Assembly: GCA_040217195.1 (NCBI GenBank)
Contig: JAVJNR010000004.1
Location: forward strand, 960,001-1,024,000
Origin: Leptospiraceae bacterium
GTDB taxonomy: Bacteria; Spirochaetota; Leptospiria; Leptospirales; Leptonemataceae
Reading direction: 5' to 3'
Length of the DNA stretch: 64,000 nt
The translations under genes were made by a program, and so were the position numbers. Below the pieces are notes generated by a model. That model was not told the DNA's origin, did not search any database, and worked only from the letters and a program-made list of their open reading frames with translations. This document shows positions 19,726 to 28,880 of the stretch, piece after piece; the stretch's first letter is position 1, and each line of letters opens with the position of its first letter.

Positions 19726-19740
19726 TGAGACTGAGTCTCA
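19726..19740. promoter_or_regulatory. Perfect 7-1-7 inverted repeat, Fur-family-like box
   Basis: TGAGACT-G-AGTCTCA upstream of the HiPIP gene. Confidence 0.55.
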
Positions 19741-19808
19741 GTTGAATGTTAGTGTTTTTTTAATAGATAGGGCTTTACACTTTGCTTTCGAGAGTTGATT
19801 TTTGACGC

Positions 19809-20150
19809 ATGGATAAGTATTCACGCAAGGACTTTTTGAAAAGAGGACTAGTCGCGGGCGCTGCTATCGCAGGCGCTGGAACCTTTCTGTCGTATTGTCG
19901 TAAACCAGCTGATGAAGGGGCTGACCAGGGAGCAGTTAGCTGCACAGACACCGCCGGTCTATCCGAAGCAGATGTGGCAACAAGAACTCAGAATGGATAC
20001 ATAGATATCAGCAATAAGCCGGGACAGAGCTGCAGCAACTGTGCGCTGTACACACAACCTACTGGTGGTTCTGCTTGCGGTGGATGCCAGGCTGTTAAAG
20101 GCCCCATCAACCCTGCTGGTTGGTGTAACCTGTGGGTTGCTCAAGGCTGA
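19809..20150 (+). CDS. High-potential iron-sulfur protein (HiPIP) with Tat-type signal
   Basis: SRKDFLK Tat-like motif, FLSYC, CSNC...GGC...INPAGWCNLW HiPIP pattern. Confidence 0.88.
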   Translation: MDKYSRKDFLKRGLVAGAAIAGAGTFLSYCRKPADEGADQGAVSCTDTAGLSEADVATRTQNGYIDISNKPGQSCSNCALYTQPTGGSACGGCQAVKGPINPAGWCNLWVAQG

Positions 20151-20209
20151 TACTAATTTCGAGTAACTGGCACCAGGCATGTAAGAAAGCACGCCAGGTT
20201 GCCCCGAAG

Positions 20210-20242
20210 AAACCCGGCTATGTTTGTAGTCGGGTTTTTTTT
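20210..20242 (+). terminator. Intrinsic terminator after the HiPIP gene
   Basis: AAACCCGGCTA-TGTTTG-TAGTCGGGTTT with a T8 tract. Confidence 0.8.
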
Positions 20243-20362
20243 CAGATAGAACACTTCTCAAGGATGAACAGGTGCTGCAATGCAATTGACTTCAAGGTGC
20301 GGCGATCTGGAAGGAAGCCGGGTCCAAGAGAATTCTCCTGGAGAACCAATTTCGGATACATT

Positions 20363-20839
20363 CTACCATTCGCAAACATCCTCAATTACCACGCCCTGCT
20401 CCCCATCCATCAAATAGCAACTGCCTGATTCCAGTCCCTGATCCTGTTGCACGAAAACATCGTCGCGTGCGCTCTGCGAATATTTGAAGCTGGACTCATC
20501 CAACAGCAGGCCTTCTGAAGCGGATTCTATTCTGTAAACGGTGCCTTCTATCGATGGGTAGTAATAGTCAGAGATTTCCATTGGCTCCAGATCAAATGTA
20601 CGGCCCCCGAGGGTCAGGGTCAGAGTGCCGCGATCAGATGGGGCCCTGTACCGAATGGATGTATATTCGGGAGCGGCCAATATTAGCCAGATTGAGAATG
20701 CAGGATTATCCGGATCCGGACAACGCTTGCAGGTGCAGACATCAAGATAGCAACCCATTGATAAGATAGCTGCAATTAGGATCCAACGAATCCGAGGCCT
20801 TCGCCCGAAATTAATACTCGACAACTTATACGAATCCAT
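20363..20839 (-). CDS. Hypothetical Cys-rich lipoprotein
   Basis: ILIAAILSMGC lipobox followed by CTCKRC; TTGACC 34 nt upstream. Confidence 0.7.
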   Translation of the reverse strand: MDSYKLSSINFGRRPRIRWILIAAILSMGCYLDVCTCKRCPDPDNPAFSIWLILAAPEYTSIRYRAPSDRGTLTLTLGGRTFDLEPMEISDYYYPSIEGTVYRIESASEGLLLDESSFKYSQSARDDVFVQQDQGLESGSCYLMDGEQGVVIEDVCEW

Positions 20840-21150
20840 TGCCGGAACATCCTTCTAAAAAGGCAGGGGTCAATGGAATTCCCGGAATCAGCGGGGATTG
20901 GAAATAGCGAATTATAATACAGAACCTCTATACGGGGGCCCAGCGCTCTGGTGCGCGAAAGACTATAACGGTCCGGTTTCGGGCGCTAAATAGTGGAAAT
21001 GGGACTCCGGCCTTTCACCTTCTGGAAAAGATTAATAGGCCCGGGGCTTCATGGAAACCCGCTTCAGGGGCCGGAGTATGAATCATTACCGAAATGTAAT
21101 ATGGGATCGGTATACCCTGGTCCCAATATAGATACGATGCTAGTGAGAAT

Positions 21151-21735
21151 CTAGCGACCCTGGAACCAGAGTTCCGCCATATCCAGGGAATAGTCCAGAA
21201 ATGAGCTCAAGGTTTTATCGTAGATTTCATTACCAAGAGATTCTCCATCCGGGCCCAGGTTCTTATCAGTTTCATGGGATTCCAGTAATCGAGGGGAAAC
21301 TACGCTTCGTTTATCCAGAAAGCTAATCATCTTATTAATAAGGGTTTGCATTTCCAGGGCGGGTCTTCGGCCGCCACGGCCAGCAGAGACTCCAACCATG
21401 GCAAAAACTCGGTTATGAAAAACGTCAGACAGTTCCTTGTTTCCGATTTGATGAATGGCATTGATTATTTCGCCGCTGGTAATCCAGTTATACTCGGGCA
21501 CAGCAAATAATATCAGTGAGCTATCCCGCATTGCCTGGATGAAGTTCTCTTGAAAAGAAGTGAGATTCTGGGAGTCCAGTGATCCTCGACCTACCATCGG
21601 AAGGTCCGCATAATGAAAATCCACGGGAGAAGGACATTGATGACCTTTTTCCTGCAATCCGCGGGTCAGCGCCCGGGCTACGCGTAAAGAATTACTGTCC
21701 TTTCGGGGGGAGCCGGAGATGACAGATGCTTGCAT
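21151..21735 (-). CDS. NADPH-dependent FMN reductase
   Basis: ISGSPRKDSNS, AVPEYN, SAGRGG. Confidence 0.9.
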   Translation of the reverse strand: MQASVISGSPRKDSNSLRVARALTRGLQEKGHQCPSPVDFHYADLPMVGRGSLDSQNLTSFQENFIQAMRDSSLILFAVPEYNWITSGEIINAIHQIGNKELSDVFHNRVFAMVGVSAGRGGRRPALEMQTLINKMISFLDKRSVVSPRLLESHETDKNLGPDGESLGNEIYDKTLSSFLDYSLDMAELWFQGR

Positions 21736-21821
21736 GACTGACGTTCCGTCGGACTTAGGTGCAGGGTCAAGCAGCTTTGAATCGGAATTGACACGGAAGG
21801 GGGTCCTCCAATTCCTGCAAC

Positions 21822-23339
21822 GTGGTTATTGTGCAGAGCATCATTAGAGTCTGGAGCTTTCTTCTGGACAGACTGGTACTTTTCTCCCTGAAGCCCCCTA
21901 CCCGGGTTCTGGGCACTCTCGGTGTCCTTTTTCTGGTGTCTGGCTCTTTTCTGCTTCTGAGAGAATGGAAACCTGTGGATTTGGACCTGGCCCGTTTTCT
22001 GGAGCCTGTGGAGGAAAAGCAGGAAATTCAGGATCCGGTACTACTGCATTTCCAGAATGGACTACCAGAACAGGGCATCATCGAAGGCGACAAGATCCTC
22101 CATCGTTGCGATCGACCGCTAAGTGCAGCCTATCTAGCCAGAGAATACTACTCTTTTAGCGGAGTGTTTCACAGAGGCGATCTAGAAGAGGCAATGATTC
22201 GGGAAAACCCGGATGCATTTGGTAAAAAATACTGCAAACCAGATAGCATTGTGGCCATTCCAGAGCCGCTAACCAGACCATTACAGAACCAACCTCTGGG
22301 CTGGGAGAAGGAAAGACCGGTTCGCGCCATCTATATGCGAGGGGACAACACTGTACCTGGTCGACTGATGCGAGAAGTGAAGTATATTCGTGAATCAGGA
22401 GCCAATGCAATTGTATTTGATGTTAAGGATATTCTGGGAGTCGTTAACTATCCTTCGCGCGTTCCTGAAGTTGAGCAGTACCGCCGCCATCGTCCACCTA
22501 TCCGGGATTTATCCAAAGTAATCCGCTATCTGCATGATAACAACATCTATGTAATTGCTCGAATGGCCCTATTTCAGGACCAGAATCTCTCTGAAGTAAA
22601 GCCAGAACTTGCCATTCGGGATCGAAACTCCGCAGATGGTATTCTAAAAGTCAAAGGTAGGAATCTCTGGGTGGATCCAGGCCGGGATGAAGTTCAGACC
22701 TATAACTTGAAAATCGTGCATGAGCTACTGAGCACCGGTGTGGATGAGATTCAGTTCGATTATGTACGTTACCCGGCCGAAGGCGATCTTTCCGGAGTGC
22801 ACTTTCATGACGTTCAAAACGTACATGATAAGACGCAGCATTTGAAACGATTTCTAGCCGCAGCTTTTACTATGAGTCGCGGCACCGGTGTGCACATTGC
22901 CATCGATGTATTTGGCGTTGTTGCCTGGGGCGAAGAAGTAGATATTCGTACCACTGGCCAGCGTCTCAATGAATTATCGCTTTTTGTGGACATAATGTCT
23001 CCCATGCTCTATCCTTCCCACTTTTCCCGTGGATACGCTGGCTACGATAATCCGGCAGATGAGCCTTACCATTTCTATAAAGAAGGAGTGGAACGAGTTC
23101 TGACCCTGTCGCCACGAGGCACTGTTGTGCGCCCCTGGCTACAGGCCTTTGCCTGGCGGGTAACCAACTATAACGAGGACTATATTATTCAACAGATCCG
23201 GGGCAACCATTCTGGAGGCGGGATAGGCTGGATGATGTGGAATGCCGGAAATACCTACGAGATGGTTTATCGGGCCATTCGGAATTCACCCAACCTTGTG
23301 CATTCAGATCAATTGGATGAAGACGCTCCTTCGCTTTAA
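21822..23339 (+). CDS. Putative glycoside hydrolase (DUF4015-like TIM barrel), membrane anchored
   Basis: NAIVFDVKD, YVIARMALFQD, DEIQFDYVRYP, SPMLYPSH, RPWLQAF. Confidence 0.85.
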   Translation: MVIVQSIIRVWSFLLDRLVLFSLKPPTRVLGTLGVLFLVSGSFLLLREWKPVDLDLARFLEPVEEKQEIQDPVLLHFQNGLPEQGIIEGDKILHRCDRPLSAAYLAREYYSFSGVFHRGDLEEAMIRENPDAFGKKYCKPDSIVAIPEPLTRPLQNQPLGWEKERPVRAIYMRGDNTVPGRLMREVKYIRESGANAIVFDVKDILGVVNYPSRVPEVEQYRRHRPPIRDLSKVIRYLHDNNIYVIARMALFQDQNLSEVKPELAIRDRNSADGILKVKGRNLWVDPGRDEVQTYNLKIVHELLSTGVDEIQFDYVRYPAEGDLSGVHFHDVQNVHDKTQHLKRFLAAAFTMSRGTGVHIAIDVFGVVAWGEEVDIRTTGQRLNELSLFVDIMSPMLYPSHFSRGYAGYDNPADEPYHFYKEGVERVLTLSPRGTVVRPWLQAFAWRVTNYNEDYIIQQIRGNHSGGGIGWMMWNAGNTYEMVYRAIRNSPNLVHSDQLDEDAPSL

Positions 23340-23402
23340 GGCAGATTCTCAGGTTACCAGATTAGCCCTGGACAGAAGTCCAAAGAAGGGAAAACACAGC
23401 TC

Positions 23403-23427
23403 AGGCCCGGTGAAATCCGGGCCTTTT
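23403..23427 (+). terminator. Probable intrinsic terminator
   Basis: AGGCCCGG-TGAAAT-CCGGGCCT followed by TTT. Confidence 0.6.
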
Positions 23428-23561
23428 GCATTTTAGCTCTTTGCGGCCCTCCAGGTGGCCGCTTCCGGGCCATGCAGCCAAAACAACTTTAATTGACAGT
23501 AAGGCGGCCCATAGAAATCCATTTGTGTCCTCTTTTTTTGGGCCAGATAAGGAATAGAAAC

Positions 23562-26291
23562 ATGCAAAAACGCTATATCACAGAAACTTCGGCATTTGCG
23601 AAATCCTTCCGCTGCGATCATCTTAACATTCTGATCGTTTGCAGAGGCCCGATCCGGATGGAAGCCATGGAGATCTTTGAATCTCTGGGTGCTGGTTACG
23701 GAATCCTGCTTTCGGAGAAAGATTCTGTTACCTATCCTCATACCCTGGCCCCTGAGCTGCGACATTTAACGGACCCGGACCGGGTACATCGGATCCCGGA
23801 CTACACAGGAGCCAACCGGGAGGAGAGACAGGAAAGAATCGCAGACATTATTGAAATTTGTAATACTTACAACTACAGCCATATTTTTGCTGGATATGGT
23901 TTCATGGCTGAAGATGCGGATTTTGTAGAAGCCATCGAGGGTGCCGGGATAGGTTTCATCGGTCCCCGAAGTAACGTTCACCGTTTCGCAGGTGCAAAAG
24001 ATCAGGCAAAGAAGCTTTCTCGCAAGATTGGAGTTACCGTAACCCCTGGTCTGGATAATATTACTTCGGTAGCACTGATCGAAAAAGTAGGCGGCCGCAA
24101 AGGACTGGAAAGTCTAACCAGCGAGCACGGTTTCACGGTGGACTCTTCGCTGGATGATGAAGATTACGCTGAATCCATACTCTACCAGAGCTACAAAAAG
24201 GGCGTATCGCTTATTTCGGTGGAGGATCTACAGACTGCTGCAAAAAAGGAAGTGGATTCAATCCTAAAAGATAATCCCGGAAAACGAATTCGATTGAAAT
24301 ACATTGGCGGCGGCGGCGGTAAAGGTCAGCGAATTGTTTCCAGTCCTGACCAGGTACCGGATGCAGTCATGGAAGTGCTTTCTGAATCCAAAGCTCTGGG
24401 GCCTCTGGATAACAAGAACTTCCTCATTGAGATGAACATTGAAAGCACTCGTCACAATGAGATTCAGCTGATTGGTAATGGTTCCTGGGCGATCGCTCTT
24501 GGCGGACGAGACTGTTCATTGCAAATGCATGAACAGAAGCTGGTAGAGATCTCCATTACAGATGAACTGTTCGCAGAAGAAATCAACAAAGCAAAGAAAG
24601 ACGGCAAGGATAAGATAGCCTCTCGCCTGGAAAAGGATCGGGAAACCCTGAAGGAGATGGAAGATCAGGCAGAGCGATTCGCTGAAGCTGTAGGTCTGAA
24701 TTCTGCTTCTACATTCGAATGTATCGTTTCCGACGAATCGCATTACTTCATGGAAATGAACACTCGAATCCAGGTGGAACACCGGGTTACGGAGATGGCT
24801 TACAAGCTACGCTTCAGAAATCCAGACAACAAAGATGAATTCTTCGATGTAGAATCCCTGGTTGAATGTATGGTTTTGTGCGGTGCCCATGCAGATAAAC
24901 TTCCAAGGCCAGAAAGGATCGTAAGGCACAATGCAGGCGGGGAAATTCGACTGAACGCAATGAACGATGCCCTGGCCCCTCATGCAGGAAGCCTCATTGA
25001 ATCCTGGACTCCCCCTGCGGAGCATGAAATTCGAGATGATCAGGGAATTGGAATACGAAACCCGGACACAAACTCTTTTATTCACTATCATCTGGCCGGA
25101 GCCTATGATTCCAACATTGCTCTGGTTGTTACCTATGCGGAAAGCCGAATGGAAATGCTGGCTCGTCTGGCAGATATACTCCGCCAGATGGAAATTCGAG
25201 GAAATGAGCTCAGCACTAACAAAGAATTTCATTATGGAATTTTGAACTTCCTGATTGGCATGCATCCTATGCTCAAGCCAGATACAAGATTTACCGTTCC
25301 TTATTTGTCTCTGGTTGGCACTCTGGCTGGAGAAATGGAAGGCGTGGATGTAGAGTATGCCTTTAAGAAGATTGCAGGAGCCCTGGGCGAGGAAGAATCC
25401 CAGGTTCTGAGCGAAAAGCATACTCTCATACTGCGACCTATTCGCATGCTATTCGAAAACCCTCATGTACTGAACGGATGGATTTTTAGAAATCGTGATG
25501 TTACCTTCACCTTTGAAGGAGCTAAGATTTCCTGGCTCCAGAATCCCATCTTCGTTTTGAAAGATCTGTATAACTATGTTCGCCTGGAAGGCAGAGAGGC
25601 CCCTCCTTCGCAAAAGATCTGGGACCACGATGAAACCTTACTGGATACAGCGGTACAATTCTATCAAGACCTGGCCCGGTTTACAGGTAAGGATCCCAGA
25701 TCTGATTTCGCCGAGCTCGATAAGCAACTGAGGTCTGGCTCCGGTTTCTCGGACATGGATGCTGAGCTATTTGAGAAATGCAAGTCGGCCCATATCGCGT
25801 GGCAGGCTGGCATGAGCTTGCTTGGCATCCCCTTTTCTCTGGGAAAGAAAGCTGGCTGTCTGGATTTTCATCACGATGATGATCTGAAGGTAGTCTTTCC
25901 AGAGAAATTCAATGATCCGGACTACCAGAAGACTTCCATTCGAAACCTGGCACCCCCACCGGTGGCTAGCGCCGACCTGATTGTGGCAGCCAGCGGAGGA
26001 ATGTTTTACAGCCGTGAGATGCCCACCACGGATCCCTATGTAACTCCAGGCGCACACTTCAATGTAGGTGAACCACTCTATATCATTGAAGTTATGAAAA
26101 TGTTCAACAAAGTCATGGCTGAGTTCTCTGGAACTATCGAAGAATGCCTGGTGCCAGAGGATGGCGTGGTAGTAAAGAAAGGGCAGCCCATATTCCGAGT
26201 AAAGCCCGATGAAGAGCGAAAGATCGAAACCCTGGAAGAAGCGGAAAAAAGGCGCAAAGCCTACACAGACTCCTTGCTTGCCGAACTGTAA
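23562..26291 (+). CDS. Biotin carboxylase fused to biotin carboxyl carrier domain (acyl-CoA carboxylase alpha-type)
   Basis: AGYGFMAE, GGGGKGQ, RDCSLQ, EMNTRIQVEH, C-terminal EVMKM biotinylation site. Confidence 0.93.
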   Translation: MQKRYITETSAFAKSFRCDHLNILIVCRGPIRMEAMEIFESLGAGYGILLSEKDSVTYPHTLAPELRHLTDPDRVHRIPDYTGANREERQERIADIIEICNTYNYSHIFAGYGFMAEDADFVEAIEGAGIGFIGPRSNVHRFAGAKDQAKKLSRKIGVTVTPGLDNITSVALIEKVGGRKGLESLTSEHGFTVDSSLDDEDYAESILYQSYKKGVSLISVEDLQTAAKKEVDSILKDNPGKRIRLKYIGGGGGKGQRIVSSPDQVPDAVMEVLSESKALGPLDNKNFLIEMNIESTRHNEIQLIGNGSWAIALGGRDCSLQMHEQKLVEISITDELFAEEINKAKKDGKDKIASRLEKDRETLKEMEDQAERFAEAVGLNSASTFECIVSDESHYFMEMNTRIQVEHRVTEMAYKLRFRNPDNKDEFFDVESLVECMVLCGAHADKLPRPERIVRHNAGGEIRLNAMNDALAPHAGSLIESWTPPAEHEIRDDQGIGIRNPDTNSFIHYHLAGAYDSNIALVVTYAESRMEMLARLADILRQMEIRGNELSTNKEFHYGILNFLIGMHPMLKPDTRFTVPYLSLVGTLAGEMEGVDVEYAFKKIAGALGEEESQVLSEKHTLILRPIRMLFENPHVLNGWIFRNRDVTFTFEGAKISWLQNPIFVLKDLYNYVRLEGREAPPSQKIWDHDETLLDTAVQFYQDLARFTGKDPRSDFAELDKQLRSGSGFSDMDAELFEKCKSAHIAWQAGMSLLGIPFSLGKKAGCLDFHHDDDLKVVFPEKFNDPDYQKTSIRNLAPPPVASADLIVAASGGMFYSREMPTTDPYVTPGAHFNVGEPLYIIEVMKMFNKVMAEFSGTIEECLVPEDGVVVKKGQPIFRVKPDEERKIETLEEAEKRRKAYTDSLLAEL

Positions 26292-26308
26292 GCCCTTAAT
26301 CTGGGCCC

Positions 26309-26560
26309 ATGGAGGAGCATCAGGCAAGACCAGTATGTAGCTGCTTTCGAATTGGAGTGCAAGAAATAGGAGATGCTGTGAGCTCCGGGGCAACTCCACC
26401 TTCCTTCGAAACCGTTCTCAGTCGAACCGGGGCCGGTAGTCAATGCGGTGCCTGCATTGGCGATGTTCATGCCATCTATCTTTCGCGTATTTTACTGCGA
26501 CGGATTAAAGAAAGAAATCAGATTCCACTGCCCTTTTCAGAACTCACTGAATCACCATGA
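26309..26560 (+). CDS. BFD-like [2Fe-2S]-binding protein
   Basis: VCSC...TGAGSQCGAC. Confidence 0.75.
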   Translation: MEEHQARPVCSCFRIGVQEIGDAVSSGATPPSFETVLSRTGAGSQCGACIGDVHAIYLSRILLRRIKERNQIPLPFSELTESP

Positions 26561-26848
26561 CCTTAGTCTGTGATCCGGGGCTCCGATAGATTCCATATTG
26601 CAATGCCAGAGATGTCTGCATTGAAAGCCTCCGTACTGTCCGTTCTACCGTACGGTGCGATTTAGATAATTTCGGGACCAGAGAGCAAGACGTTCCGGTT
26701 GTTCCATAGCCGATTCACGGTCCCTGGTGCGCACTTAGTACCCGGGAACGGACTTTCTTCGCTGTAACGGCACCGAAAATATTGCACGACAAAGTTATCC
26801 GGCCATGTAACTCTGTGCCAGTATCCTACTGAATGGGAAGTATCAACA

Positions 26849-27322
26849 ATGACCGAATCTCTATTAGATTATGACACCTGGGCCCATGGGCGGCTGAAGG
26901 AACATGCAGTTAGATTGGATGATGAACAATTCAACCGGGACCTGGGCGATGGGGTTGGATCTATCAAGGAAAAACTAAAGCATCTTCACTGGGCAGAAGA
27001 AATCTGGATTCGCCGAATCCAGGGAGAAAACCCCGGAGCGGATGTCCCTCTGGCGGACCATTCCTCTCCCATTCCATTTTTTGAATCCTGGGACTCCAAT
27101 CGCGATAAAAACCTGGCCCGCCTGCGAAGCGAAGTTCAGGGCAACCCGGGCAGAATTGTCGAGTACAGGAATACAAAAGGACAGAGTTTCCAGCAGCCCA
27201 TCTGGCAGATTGCTCTGCACCTGGTAAATCATGGAACTCATCATCGCGGACAGGTTTCCAGTATGATGCGCAGGTTAACAGGGGCGCCGGTTCCGCTTGA
27301 TATGATTCTATTTCACAGATAG
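26849..27322 (+). CDS. DinB family protein
   Basis: YDTWAH, HLHWAEEIW, HLVNHGTHHRGQ. Confidence 0.9.
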   Translation: MTESLLDYDTWAHGRLKEHAVRLDDEQFNRDLGDGVGSIKEKLKHLHWAEEIWIRRIQGENPGADVPLADHSSPIPFFESWDSNRDKNLARLRSEVQGNPGRIVEYRNTKGQSFQQPIWQIALHLVNHGTHHRGQVSSMMRRLTGAPVPLDMILFHR

Positions 27323-27583
27323 GCATATCTTCGAACTCAAAACAGGGCCCGGGAGAATAGACAAAGCCGGGCACTGATCAAATACAAATGAAGCCGATCC
27401 CGGATTATGCAACGAAGGAGCCAGAACGGTTCAAGAAGGAATTGGGATTCTAGATAATTGCACGTCCCGCTGGTGGCCACCGGGACGCAGGGGGGCATAG
27501 GGGTAGGACGGCCTGCAAAGGTAATATTAAGGAATGTAACTCTGAATGACTCGGGCCGAACTCTTTACTCAGAGGCGAATTGA

Positions 27584-27982
27584 ATGTCAGCAGAACACTA
27601 TGCAGAAGTAAACAAAGTAGAAGGCCCTTTCCGTGTGGAGTTTCAGGGCAATGTCCTGGCCGAATCGGATTATGCAATGGAATTGCAGGAGTATCATCCT
27701 AACTACGAATTCCAGCCAGTCTATTACCTTCCTTCAGATTCTTTGAACATGGAACATTTCTCGAGTAATCAACATCATACAAGCTGCCCCATAAAGGGAA
27801 AAGCATCCTATGTAGACCTGAAATCGAACTCAGGATCTGTGGAAAATATCGCCTGGACTTATCCGGAGCCTCTGGATTCTGTGAGCGAACTACAGGATAC
27901 CTATGCATTTGATACCGGCAAACAGGTAACCATCTACCGATCCGGGACTGCCATCGCTCATAAAAGTATTCGAAAAAAATGA
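27584..27982 (+). CDS. DUF427 family protein
   Basis: VLAESD...PVYYLP...TSCPIKGKASY...AWTYPEP. Confidence 0.88.
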   Translation: MSAEHYAEVNKVEGPFRVEFQGNVLAESDYAMELQEYHPNYEFQPVYYLPSDSLNMEHFSSNQHHTSCPIKGKASYVDLKSNSGSVENIAWTYPEPLDSVSELQDTYAFDTGKQVTIYRSGTAIAHKSIRKK

Positions 27983-28341
27983 TTTCTTTCGCCAGAGACT
28001 GGCCTCAGGATTGCCTTTGACCGGTCTCTGCAAAGCCGCGGGAACTACCTGGCCCGGGAATTGATTGATCTGCAGTTGCCGCCTGACCCGGTCGCTTAAC
28101 TACCGGATGCCAGAGCCATTGGAATTCCAGAGCTGCAAATCGGTGGGAATCCAGGTCACCGGAAGGCCGCGATGGCATGGCCCTGAACGGGAAGCCGTAG
28201 CGATTCCATTGGACTGCTTTGGCTGGATGGACCGGGCCCCGAAACTGTAGGATTCAAATCGATTGTGCTACTTTTTATCATCTCTATGAATGCGAATCAA
28301 TCGAGATCAAATGCGATCCAAAAAATCAGGGAACCAGACCT

Positions 28342-28827
28342 ATGAATAATTCCGGAAGCCGGGCACGATGGCCTTACATTCTCCTGGTGGTACCACCGCT
28401 ATTAATGATCCTGGGGTACTATCTGCATCATCGAGAAAGCAACATTCTGGCACGAATGGACAGTACCGTCGGCGAAGTGCGAAAATCGGAAGTCTACTCC
28501 CAGGGACATGGAGAGAGCACCACTTACCATCTGGATCTTGAATATCGATACACCGTAGATGAGCGGGACTTTATAGGCCGCAAGATCGGCATGGCCAACA
28601 TTATGTACGAGGAAAAGCAGGATGCAATGGATGCCCTTGCCAGGTTCCCCGTAGGTAAAGAACTTCAGGTCTTTTTTGATCCGGAAGATCCGGGCCTGGC
28701 CGTATTGACCAGGGAAGAACCGGACAATGGACTCATGACTATGACCATGGCCGGCATTCTTTTATTATTTCTGTGGCCCGTCGCATTTCTTTTTCTCTGG
28801 CAGGACAAGAAGAATCGAGCCAGCTAG
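28342..28827 (+). CDS. DUF3592 membrane protein
   Basis: TM, GEV, EYRYTVD, FPVGKELQVFFDPEDP, TM; start estimated. Confidence 0.82.
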   Translation: MNNSGSRARWPYILLVVPPLLMILGYYLHHRESNILARMDSTVGEVRKSEVYSQGHGESTTYHLDLEYRYTVDERDFIGRKIGMANIMYEEKQDAMDALARFPVGKELQVFFDPEDPGLAVLTREEPDNGLMTMTMAGILLLFLWPVAFLFLWQDKKNRAS

Positions 28828-28880
28828 GCCCTCATTAGATATTCGCCGCACCTCTTAATTTCTATTCTTCGAATCTCCAT

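Noticed and set aside
20295..20330. SRP RNA-like GGAAGGAAGC
   Set aside because: Lacks the CAGG-TCC/GCAGC helix context and a closing stem.
24807..26399. Long antisense ORFs (204 and 210 aa) and the many other shadow ORFs in the track
   Set aside because: They overlap well-supported genes on the opposite strand or frame and have no family motifs.
28000..28085. c-di-GMP-I riboswitch resemblance (GCAAAGCCGCGGG...AGTTGCCG)
   Set aside because: The 5' GGCAAA element and GNRA-capped stem are missing; a similar CGCAAAGCCTCGG at ~59017 is antisense to its gene.
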